Shown piece after piece: positions 56,133 through 64,000 of a stretch of 64,000 nucleotides of DNA. The position numbers and the translations under genes are program-made. Positions within the stretch are counted from its first letter, which is position 1; each line of letters starts with the position of its first letter. The stretch comes from Gemmatimonadota bacterium. GTDB lineage: Bacteria; Gemmatimonadota; Gemmatimonadetes; Gemmatimonadales; GWC2-71-9. The stretch is from contig JBDHJM010000007.1 in assembly GCA_039586895.1 (NCBI GenBank), positions 11,263 to 75,262 on the forward strand, given 5' to 3'. The notes under the pieces were generated by a model. It saw only the letters and a program-made list of their open reading frames with translations, searched no databases and had not been told where the DNA came from.

Positions 56133-57248
56133 TCAGTGCTGGTGCGCCGAGTGGTCGTCCATGGGCGCCATTTGCCCCGGCTCCATCGCGACTATGTCCT
56201 CGTAGCGGCCCCGCACCTGCTGCAGGTAGTGGCTCCGGTCGAGTTGGTACAGTTCGTTCGAGACGTCCGCGAGCGGCCACATCATGCTCTCGCCAGGCGA
56301 GAAGACGCCTCCAACCACCCCCATGCCACCGGCGAACAGCGTGTCGGCAAACGGGTTCTCGTAGGTCACGGTGACCCGGTACACGTGATCGGGCGTGATC
56401 TTCACGCCCAGCTTGCGGTACAGGCGTCCTATCGTCACGCCCACCACGCGCTCGCCCTCGTCGGTGATCGAGCGTCCTTCCCAAATCAGCTCGCCCGACG
56501 TGACGTCCTCGAACCTGATGCCGGTGGCGTACTCATGCAGGTGGCCGCCGATCGCCATGATGCGGCCAGCCATGGCGGGCCGCGCCTCGTACGACTTGCT
56601 CGACTCGCCGGGCGGCAGATCGAAGGCCTTGTCACCGGCCGGGAACGCCACGTCCAGCTGGAACGGGTAAACACTCATGAAGGGCCAGGGCCGTCCGGCC
56701 TTCACGTACTTGAGCCGCACCCGCACGGTCACACCCGGATGGTCCACCTCGTGCGGATTGTGCAGCATCGCCGACACGACCATCCTCGTCCCTCCTGGCA
56801 CCGGGTAGCCCATGAGGAGCCACGGCATGGACTGATCGCCGGTCTCCTTGCCCACGGCCAGCATGCGCTGCGAGATGGGGAGGAAGAGCTCGCGGTTGGC
56901 GGGGTTGATGAGGTTGAGGTGGTGCACCAGCTCGGTCGGAAGCTGCTCGCCGCTGCTGTCGAGCACCTCGTAGCTGAAGCCGTATAGGTACCCGCCCGAG
57001 GGGAAGGTGAGCTCGGTGACCGGCGGGAAGATCGCGCCATGCCCACCATGGCCTCCGTGACCGCCCGGATCTTCCGGCACCATAGCCATGGCCGGGAGAT
57101 CGACTGGGCCGATGACGACCACGAACTCCCCGGCGTCCTCGTCGTGAACCAGGCGCACCGTGTCGGCCGACTCCTGCGCCTCACTCGCCACCGCCACACA
57201 GAACAGCGCAAGGCTGCACGCAGCCAGTCTCCGGACCTTCGCCATCAT
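56133..57248 (-). CDS. secreted His-rich protein with PHM/DBH-like (type II copper monooxygenase) ligand spacing
   Basis: Has a signal peptide and a GGHGGHGGHG tract. Candidate ligands are H109-H110, H163/H166, H236-x-H238 and M309, compared with rat PHM H107/H108/H172 and H242/H244/M314. Confidence 0.45.
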   Translation of the reverse strand: MMAKVRRLAACSLALFCVAVASEAQESADTVRLVHDEDAGEFVVVIGPVDLPAMAMVPEDPGGHGGHGGHGAIFPPVTELTFPSGGYLYGFSYEVLDSSGEQLPTELVHHLNLINPANRELFLPISQRMLAVGKETGDQSMPWLLMGYPVPGGTRMVVSAMLHNPHEVDHPGVTVRVRLKYVKAGRPWPFMSVYPFQLDVAFPAGDKAFDLPPGESSKSYEARPAMAGRIMAIGGHLHEYATGIRFEDVTSGELIWEGRSITDEGERVVGVTIGRLYRKLGVKITPDHVYRVTVTYENPFADTLFAGGMGVVGGVFSPGESMMWPLADVSNELYQLDRSHYLQQVRGRYEDIVAMEPGQMAPMDDHSAHQH

Positions 57249-57333
57249 CTCGCCTCGCTGAGAAAACCCGCTCGAGTAGTACGGAATGGAGCCTAATGCA
57301 ACAGCCTGCGGGCCGATAAATCAAGCCCGACGC

Positions 57334-58794
57334 TCACCCCGCTATTCGGCGTTCCTCGTCCAGTTGGGGCACCCGGCCGTCGATGCCCAACGGAATGGGG
57401 AGGCCAAGGAAGTTCAGCACGAGCGGAAACAGATCCACGGTGCGCATTGCGGCAGGGAGCTGCTGGTTGGCCGCCACCAGGCAGCGCATGTGGTCGTGGA
57501 CGAGCGATCCGTGTCCCGAGCGGTGCTCCGGCACCTCCCAGTCGAACCGCAGGTCGAACCCCTCCGCAGCCGTCACGACCAGGTCACCGGCGCGCGGCGA
57601 CCGAAACAGCTGAGTGAGCTGCACGGGGGCATCCGGAAAGCGGGCCGCGAGCGAGCCCTCGAACCACTCCCGCTCCCCTCGCACACCCTGCCCCAGCCCG
57701 AGCACGTCGCCACTGACGTGCCGGTACTCGATGCGTCCGTCGGGCAGCTCCAGCAGGGTGGCGCGCCCGGCGTGCGACACCAGCTCCACGCCGGATTCGG
57801 ACGTACCGGCAACCAGCGCCACGCCGGGCAGCGCTGCGATGTCGCGCACGAGATGGCGCGAGATGCCGGCCACCTCGCCCTCTTCGATCGCCTCGACCGT
57901 GTGCCGGTGAGGCCGCCGCACTCCCGGACGCAGGTAGAGCTGCGCCGACCCGTTGCCCGAGATCATCACCGCCACCTGCGGGTTGCGGCGCCAGATGAAG
58001 GGATAGTGCAGCACGGGGACGCCGTCCCTCTCCAGCGCGAGGGCGACGTCGGTGTGGCGGTCCACACGCGAGAGCCCGTGGTCGCTCACGAGCAGAGTGA
58101 GCTGATCGCCGTCGAAGCCCCCGGCCGCGGCATAGCGCCCCACGATGCCGTCGAACGCGCGGTACATGTCCAGCACGTCGGGGTGCCAAGGATCCCAGAA
58201 GTGGGTCACGCCGTCCACGCCGGGGAACACGGCGAACACGAACCGCGGGCGCTCCCGCACCGTGCCGCACAGCGCGTTTCCAACGGCGCGCTCGAGAGCA
58301 TCGTAGTAGCCGGTGTAGTGTGCGACTGCTCCCCAGAAAGCGCGTTGGAGCTTCACACGGTCCCGGGAGGGAGGGAGGCCCCGATTGAACGGACTGCACA
58401 AGGCCACCGAGTCCGGGATCATGTCGAACAGGGTGGGCATCTCGTGGGGGATGTCGCTGTTGAGCAGGCCGCTCTGCGGGCCGCAGTAGCTGCGCAGGTG
58501 TACCCGGTCGCGCAGCCAACGGCCGGCGTAGCCCCGCGGGTCGAGCCAGCGGATGCCCGGCACGTTGCAGGTACCCGGATAGCAGCCTGTCAGGAACGGC
58601 AGGTAGGCGACACCGGTAGTGGAGGGGAATACGGTCACGGCGGGCACGGTGCCGCCCGGCTCGAGCAGGTGCCGGCTGATGTGGGGCAGCTGCCCGGCCG
58701 ACACGAGATGCTCGAACACGTCGGCTCGCGCCCCGTCCAGCAGCAGCAGCGTGACCCTGCGGCCCGCCCCGCTCCGCACCTCACTACCTGCCAT
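57334..58794 (-). CDS. alkaline-phosphatase-superfamily protein (type I phosphodiesterase/nucleotide pyrophosphatase-like)
   Basis: LLLLDGARAD, FPSTTGVAY (nucleophile Thr region) and VSDHG. I chose the ATG at 58794, which has GGAGGG upstream. Confidence 0.7.
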   Translation of the reverse strand: MAGSEVRSGAGRRVTLLLLDGARADVFEHLVSAGQLPHISRHLLEPGGTVPAVTVFPSTTGVAYLPFLTGCYPGTCNVPGIRWLDPRGYAGRWLRDRVHLRSYCGPQSGLLNSDIPHEMPTLFDMIPDSVALCSPFNRGLPPSRDRVKLQRAFWGAVAHYTGYYDALERAVGNALCGTVRERPRFVFAVFPGVDGVTHFWDPWHPDVLDMYRAFDGIVGRYAAAGGFDGDQLTLLVSDHGLSRVDRHTDVALALERDGVPVLHYPFIWRRNPQVAVMISGNGSAQLYLRPGVRRPHRHTVEAIEEGEVAGISRHLVRDIAALPGVALVAGTSESGVELVSHAGRATLLELPDGRIEYRHVSGDVLGLGQGVRGEREWFEGSLAARFPDAPVQLTQLFRSPRAGDLVVTAAEGFDLRFDWEVPEHRSGHGSLVHDHMRCLVAANQQLPAAMRTVDLFPLVLNFLGLPIPLGIDGRVPQLDEERRIAG

Positions 58795-58978
58795 GCAGCC
58801 CTCCGCTGAACGAGGATGCCGTGACCGACGAGGCAAGCCGCACGACCCCGGCGAGCCGTGCGGCGCCACTCCGGCCGATAATCTAGCGTGCCGGGTAGGC
58901 TTGAGAAACGTGCCTCTCCCCCCGGGTATGTAACCGGGAGGTTGAATTTTCCGGTCAATCAGAGAACTTGAGGGCACC

Positions 58979-59383
58979 ATGAGACTGCTTGTAGTGCTCG
59001 CCGCGGCGATCGTAGCCGCCTCAGCATGCGTTCCGGGCAGCCCCGTTTACGTGGGGCCCTACGCCGTCGTCACGTTCGAGGGCAACATCTACGTGTTCGA
59101 GACCCGGGAGCCGGCCGGTCTGGCCGAGGTCTGCGCCTTCGGCGCCGACACGACGTGCATCCGGGCGGACGAGAAGGGCCACTATTGGATGCAGATCAGG
59201 GCGGAGATACTGGGGGACAGCGGCGAAGTGACCCTGCGCTTCCTGGCGCAGGGAATGCACCCGGCCGCCGTACACCTGTCTGACCTCGAGGTCGACTCCA
59301 AGACGTTCGTGGACTGCTCCATCAGCAACCGCGCGAGCCTCAGCAGCGAACCGAGAGCCTGCCTGCCCCCGCCAGAAGACTGA
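58979..59383 (+). CDS. hypothetical lipoprotein (134 aa)
   Basis: Has the lipobox VAASAC and six further Cys residues. No motif recognised. Confidence 0.5.
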   Translation: MRLLVVLAAAIVAASACVPGSPVYVGPYAVVTFEGNIYVFETREPAGLAEVCAFGADTTCIRADEKGHYWMQIRAEILGDSGEVTLRFLAQGMHPAAVHLSDLEVDSKTFVDCSISNRASLSSEPRACLPPPED

Positions 59384-59387
59384 CCTG

Positions 59388-60158
59388 ATGCCCACACCGC
59401 CGCCGTGCACGAGACTCGGCCGACAATGCCGGGAGCTCGCAGTAACACTGCGCATTGCAGAGTCGGATGACAGCCGCACACTGCAGGATGCGGCCGCCAC
59501 CTGGCTGCTGGGACACACCGAGCGCATCACCATGGGCAAGCCCTACTGGAGCGACGATGAGTTCCTGGTGGACGCCACGCTGCATGTGCCGTGCAAGTAC
59601 CTGAAGGAGCAGGGCAAGTCGGGGCGTGCGCACTGTACCGCCCACGGCTTCAGGGGGCCGATGCCTTTGAGCAGCCAGCGTGTGGGTGAGCAGCGCGAGG
59701 AGCTCTTGCTGGACAACGGCACATACGTTCTGGTCTACAAGGGACGCCAGCGCGCCCTCGACCTCCCGCTCAAGAAGGCCGCGCGGCGAGCGCTGCCGGT
59801 AGTGCAGAACCACAACCCCTGCCTCGATGCTCCCTGCCGCACGGGGGACAACAAGCGCGGCGCGGCCTGCTGCAGGGACCTCACGCTCGAGCTCGACCTG
59901 CCGGAGCCGTCCACGCGCATGATGGCCCTGCTGCGCGCCCGCAAGTCTCCATACCTGTGCAAGGTCACCCGCGAAGGCCCGAACGCGGTCGAGGTCGAGG
60001 TGATCTCCGCCTGTGGATACCTGGGCGACGACGGAATCAGCTGCGTGCTGCACGACCGGGTGCTGCCCAACGGGCGCCTCGCGAAACCTTCAATCTGCAT
60101 GGAGTGGCCGGACCTCGACGATGACGACGAGGGCCATCCCGGCTGTGCACTCACCTGA
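59388..60158 (+). CDS. cysteine-cluster protein (partly YkgJ/UPF0153-like)
   Basis: Thirteen Cys residues including PCLDAPC...AACCRD and ACGYLGDDGISCVLHD...PSICMEWP. It starts 4 nt after the upstream gene. Confidence 0.5.
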   Translation: MPTPPPCTRLGRQCRELAVTLRIAESDDSRTLQDAAATWLLGHTERITMGKPYWSDDEFLVDATLHVPCKYLKEQGKSGRAHCTAHGFRGPMPLSSQRVGEQREELLLDNGTYVLVYKGRQRALDLPLKKAARRALPVVQNHNPCLDAPCRTGDNKRGAACCRDLTLELDLPEPSTRMMALLRARKSPYLCKVTREGPNAVEVEVISACGYLGDDGISCVLHDRVLPNGRLAKPSICMEWPDLDDDDEGHPGCALT

Positions 60159-60192
60159 AGCCCGTTACAGCGACAACCGAAGGACGGACCAC

Positions 60193-61335
60193 ATGATGGT
60201 GCCCGAGATCACTCCCGACGAACTGGCCCGCGCGCTGGAGGCGGGCGACCCGGTGCAGGTGCTCGACGTCCGGGCGCCGCAGCGCCTGGCCGCCGGCCGC
60301 ATCGAGCTGGCGCCCGAGGACAGGTTTCACAACATCGTGGGGTCCCGGATCGTCCAGATGCGCTCCGCCGACGAGACCGGCCTGGACGCGGCCGCACCCG
60401 TGGCGGTCGTGTGCGGGCACGGCAACGACAGCAAGGTCGTGGCCACCCTGCTGAACCGGTTCGGCTTCGAGGCCGCGTCGCTGCACGGCGGCATGGCTGG
60501 ATGGAACCTGCTCACGCTGCCGCGCGAGCTGCCGGCGACGGATTCCCTGGACCGGCTGGTCCAGTTCGACCGCATGGGCAAGGCCGCACTGGGCTATCTC
60601 CTGGTGAGCGACGGTGAGGCCATGGTCGTAGACGCGCCGCGGGAGTTCTCGACTTACCTCGCCGCGGCCGACGAGGCTGACGCCCAGATAGTGGCCGTGG
60701 CCGACACTCACTGTCACGCCGACTACATCAGTGGCGGCCCGCACCTGGCGCGTGCGCTGGGCGCTCCCTACTACCTGCACGAGGCAGACAGCAGCTACCC
60801 CTACGACGGTACGCCCGGCCGGCTCCGGTTCGAGCCGCTAGAGGACGGGACGTCCATCCGCGTGGGACGCGCCACGGTGCGCGTACAACGCACGCCGGGC
60901 CACACCGAGGGCAGCGTCACGTTCCTGGTGGACGAGCAGGCGGCCTTCACCGGCGACTTCATATTCGTGGCCTCGATCGGGCGGCCCGACCTGGCCGGCA
61001 AGTCGGCCGAGTGGACGGTGCAGCTGTGGGACAGCCTGGCCGCGGCGAAGTCCGACTGGCCGGCGGACGTGGCGATCTACCCGGCGCATTACGCGCTGGA
61101 GGAAGAGCGCAACGCGGACCGCTCGGTAGGGCGGCCGCTGGGAGAGCTGCTGCGCACCAACGAGCCGCTCGCGATCGGCGACCGTGGCACGTTCGTTCAG
61201 TGGGTGGAGGCCCGCACCGGCACGTTCCCGGAACAGTACCGCGTAATCAAGGCCGTGAACGTGGGCCTCACTCCGGTGACGGAGCTGCAGGCCGAAGAGC
61301 TGGAGATGGGAAAAAACGAGTGTGCGCTGGGGTAG
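60193..61335 (+). CDS. rhodanese-persulfide dioxygenase (MBL-fold) fusion protein
   Basis: The N-terminal rhodanese has the loop VCGHGNDS. The MBL part has DTHCHADYISGG and TPGHTEGS. I chose the ATG at 60193. Confidence 0.8.
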   Translation: MMVPEITPDELARALEAGDPVQVLDVRAPQRLAAGRIELAPEDRFHNIVGSRIVQMRSADETGLDAAAPVAVVCGHGNDSKVVATLLNRFGFEAASLHGGMAGWNLLTLPRELPATDSLDRLVQFDRMGKAALGYLLVSDGEAMVVDAPREFSTYLAAADEADAQIVAVADTHCHADYISGGPHLARALGAPYYLHEADSSYPYDGTPGRLRFEPLEDGTSIRVGRATVRVQRTPGHTEGSVTFLVDEQAAFTGDFIFVASIGRPDLAGKSAEWTVQLWDSLAAAKSDWPADVAIYPAHYALEEERNADRSVGRPLGELLRTNEPLAIGDRGTFVQWVEARTGTFPEQYRVIKAVNVGLTPVTELQAEELEMGKNECALG

Positions 61336-61344
61336 CGCCGGGGT

Positions 61345-62097
61345 TCAGGGCGTGTAGCTGGCCATGAACTCCCCGGCCACTGGGCGTCCCTCCACCGTCC
61401 GGGCCGGATAGAATACCCACTGACGCAGCCGCTGCAGCAGAGCGCGCCGGAACGCGGAGTCCTCGAGTTTCGGCTCGATCTCCACCTTGGTCACCGCACC
61501 ACGCCGGTTTACCCAGAAGTGCAGCGTAAACTCCCTGCCCTTCACCGAAGGGGGCGCTTCCTCGAAGGGATACAGCACGGCGCGCGGCTCGGGTGCGTAG
61601 GCCACGCCACCGCCGCCCGTACCCGGACCCTCGTAGCGCCCCACACCGGTTCCACGTCCGGAGCCGACACCACCCCCACTGCCGGTCCCGGTTCCCTCAC
61701 CTTCTCCGGTGCCCTGCCCGGCTCCCTCCTCCACTATCACCACCCGTCGCGGAGCCACTGTCTCGAGCACCACTTCCTGGTCCGCTTCCTCGATGCTCGG
61801 ATCGGGGAGGGCCACTGCCGTCTGGTCGGGGGCCTCCGCCTCCTCGCGGCTTGCGGATGCCGCCGCCGGCATGGGAGGCAGCTCGATGTACTGCACGTTG
61901 TCGTTGCCGCCCCCGCCTCCTCCGCCGATCGGCCCCGGACCGTAGCCCTCGCCGGCGTACGCGCCCACCGCCGTTCCGGCTACTATGATCAGGACCACCG
62001 CCGCTCCGTGCAGCGCTACCGACAGCACGACACCCGCTCCATAGCGGCGGTCCTGGCGCGGGGGTAGTACCGTGGGCTTCGGTCTGCGTCGCGGCAT
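61345..62097 (-). CDS. tonB: TonB-family protein (third; paralog of 22706..23467)
   Basis: Same architecture and shared strings: GGGGGGGN..V.Y.ELP, and REFTLHFWVNRRGAVTKVEIEP against REFQVRFWVNATGRVTRVEVEP. Confidence 0.75.
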   Translation of the reverse strand: MPRRRPKPTVLPPRQDRRYGAGVVLSVALHGAAVVLIIVAGTAVGAYAGEGYGPGPIGGGGGGGNDNVQYIELPPMPAAASASREEAEAPDQTAVALPDPSIEEADQEVVLETVAPRRVVIVEEGAGQGTGEGEGTGTGSGGGVGSGRGTGVGRYEGPGTGGGGVAYAPEPRAVLYPFEEAPPSVKGREFTLHFWVNRRGAVTKVEIEPKLEDSAFRRALLQRLRQWVFYPARTVEGRPVAGEFMASYTP

Positions 62098-62150
62098 GTC
62101 CTGTCTCTATACACCTAACGGGGCTGCCTGGCGCCCCCAGTCTACCGACC

Positions 62151-64000
62151 CTACCGCCGCCGCACTTCCTCCCGCAGGCGCTGATACTGATCTGGTGCGA
62201 GGAAGTAGACTCGCTCAAACGCCTCGTTGGTCTTGCTGTCCTCCGCTCCGACCGCGTCCAGGAAAACCCTGCGGTACCGGGATGCAAGGGTCGGTGCGTA
62301 GAAGTCGAGGATCAGCGCGCCGCAGCGAACCGCTGCCCGGCGCCTGAGGTCCTCGAGCTCGAATCCACCGATGCCGGCACCCAGCACCTGGTCGTCCACC
62401 AGCAGGAAGCAGAGCTCCTTCAGGAACGCGAAGATCGTGACCTCCGGCTCGTCCGTTCCCAGAGGCATCTGCACCGAGACGATCTGGTCGTCGCGCTGCA
62501 GCTCGTCGAACTCCACGATGCGCCCCTCGGGTCCCATGGGCGGCGACGGGAACACCAGCCCCGCGGTGATCCGGCGGCGCTCGAGGTATGTCCCGATATG
62601 GGGCACGAACAGTGTGTCCCACATCATCTGCATCGCCTCGAACCGCGGAGCCTGCTCCTGAACGTACTCGTCCCAGTAGTCCCGGTAGAAGACCTCCCAC
62701 TCGATCTCCGCGGCCTCCACCAGCCGCTTCAGCAAATCGCGCGAGCGCCCCGACTGCAGCGACTGATCCAGTATGAACATGCCGAACGCGGCGTCCATCG
62801 GATTGCCGCGCGGGCGCGCCGTGGCCTCTTCGCCGGGCTGCGTGGGCTGCACGCCCTGGGGAACGCCCCTCTCTGCGCCGGGGCGCATGCCCATCAGTTC
62901 GTTTCGGGACGGCAGCTGCCGGTTGGCCACACGCCTCAACGCCTCCAGCAGCTGCTCGGGCCCCACCAGCGGGAAGTACAGGGGCACGAAGTGCAGCACG
63001 TCCAGATCGCCGCGCTCCGTGATGTTCTCACGCAGGTCGATGGCGAGCGAGTCGAGCGGAGTGGGGTAGACGCCGCGCTCCCGCTTGATGTCCCTTATGC
63101 GGCGCGCGTAGTCGGCGCTGTACATGCCCAGGGGGCCGGGTTGATCGGCCGCGATCACCGCCAGAGTGTGGAACCAAAGATCGGCGTGTGCAGCGGGGCG
63201 CAGGATCCACGAGGTCGGACCGGTCGGCTGCACCATCTCCACCGGCGCCTCCGCCACCCGGGGAGCCGTGCGCTGACGCAGGGCGTCGAGCACCGTGCGC
63301 TCCACGAAATACACCTCTGCGAAGGTCATGCCGGCCACTTCGGGGCGGCTCTCCAGCGCGGCCGCAAGGAAGACCGCCTCGTAACGCTCCACCTGCTCCG
63401 GAGCGTTGGCCTCGAGCAGCAGGGAACCGCATCGCACGGCAGTGCGGCTCATGGTGTCGGAGTCGGACCCGTCCAGGCCGGCGCGCACGGCGTCCGCCGC
63501 GGTGGAGAAGCACGACTCGCGCAGGATGGCGTAGGCCGAGGCGTCCGGATCGCGCGGCTCCTGCGGTGAGCGCACGGCCACGACGTTGTCGAGGCGGCGG
63601 AACGGGCTGCCCTCGTAGATCCGGCCCTCGGGCCCCAGAGCGGCAGACACCAGCACCGTCCCGGCGTCCACGGCACGCGACTCCAGGAACGGCATCACGG
63701 GCGGGGCCACTTCTTCGGTCCAGCGGCGCTCGACCTCGGCCACGTGCGCTGAGTCAGATCCGATAGTGCGGGTCCAGTAGTCGGCAAAGAACTCCGCCCA
63801 CTCCGCCTGCAGCACCTCCACGAAGCGCTCCAGCACCTCGCGGTGGTCGCCCTCGCGGAAGATCCCGGCCGCCTCCCTGATACCGAACCGCGTGCGCGAA
63901 TCGAAGAACTGCGCCTGGCTCATGTTGCGCTGGGCCACCGCCTGGAGCGCGAACAGCATCTCCTCGGGTTCCGCCTGCGCGAAGTAGAGCGGGATGAAAT
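62151..64000 (-). CDS. hypothetical protein with internally duplicated modules; N-terminus lies beyond the window
   Basis: The frame stays open upstream of the ORF-track Met at 63959 to the window edge (..FIPLYFAQAEPEEM..). Module pairs recur: AEWAEFFADYW/EIEWEVFYRDYW, GPEGRIYEG/GPEGRIVEF, AVRCGSLLLE/AVRCGALILD. Confidence 0.6.
   Translation of the reverse strand, partial: FIPLYFAQAEPEEMLFALQAVAQRNMSQAQFFDSRTRFGIREAAGIFREGDHREVLERFVEVLQAEWAEFFADYWTRTIGSDSAHVAEVERRWTEEVAPPVMPFLESRAVDAGTVLVSAALGPEGRIYEGSPFRRLDNVVAVRSPQEPRDPDASAYAILRESCFSTAADAVRAGLDGSDSDTMSRTAVRCGSLLLEANAPEQVERYEAVFLAAALESRPEVAGMTFAEVYFVERTVLDALRQRTAPRVAEAPVEMVQPTGPTSWILRPAAHADLWFHTLAVIAADQPGPLGMYSADYARRIRDIKRERGVYPTPLDSLAIDLRENITERGDLDVLHFVPLYFPLVGPEQLLEALRRVANRQLPSRNELMGMRPGAERGVPQGVQPTQPGEEATARPRGNPMDAAFGMFILDQSLQSGRSRDLLKRLVEAAEIEWEVFYRDYWDEYVQEQAPRFEAMQMMWDTLFVPHIGTYLERRRITAGLVFPSPPMGPEGRIVEFDELQRDDQIVSVQMPLGTDEPEVTIFAFLKELCFLLVDDQVLGAGIGGFELEDLRRRAAVRCGALILDFYAPTLASRYRRVFLDAVGAEDSKTNEAFERVYFLAPDQYQRLREEVRRR

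Overview
This is a high-GC, very densely coding bacterial chromosomal segment. I call about 58 protein genes and one tRNA-Ala(UGC). I saw no rRNA, CRISPR array, transposase, integrase or prophage. The gene content points to a diderm: three TonB paralogs with ExbB/ExbD/ExbD, an outer-membrane barrel, many lipoproteins, a BNR/Asp-box protein and secreted M6/M8/M28 peptidases. It may be Gemmatimonadota-like, but that is only a guess. Many long ORF-track entries are antisense or out-of-frame shadow ORFs typical of GC-rich DNA, and I ignored them. Start codons include GTG and TTG, and many neighbouring genes overlap by 1-8 nt.

Main points:
1. A thioredoxin-reductase operon (1398-5238, minus strand) contains two genes, a peroxiredoxin and an AhpD-like protein. 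Each is split by one in-frame TGA exactly where the catalytic Cys belongs, so both are predicted selenoproteins.
2. A four-gene, translationally coupled operon (51883-56055) matches the bacterial ceramide pathway: Spt, a GNAT-type acyltransferase and a CerR-like reductase. A fourth gene encodes a PAP2/IPC-synthase-like membrane protein. Together with an inositol-3-phosphate synthase and CDP-alcohol phosphatidyltransferase pair at 11517-13540, this predicts inositol-phosphoceramide synthesis.
3. A cytoplasmic sulfur-oxidation module (39237-46009) combines DsrE-like, TusA, persulfide-dioxygenase and rhodanese genes. It also carries a Tat-less molybdopterin oxidoreductase and a fused FeS/NrfD subunit (SoeABC-like).
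4. Other items:
- a peptidoglycan-recycling module whose divergent namZ and nagZ-fusion genes share an ATGCAT start hexamer;
- a secreted protein with PHM/DBH-like copper-ligand spacing;
- two metalloprotease-lipoprotein pairs;
- a repeat protein of unknown function running off the right edge.

All functional calls come from motif recognition by eye. No database search was possible.
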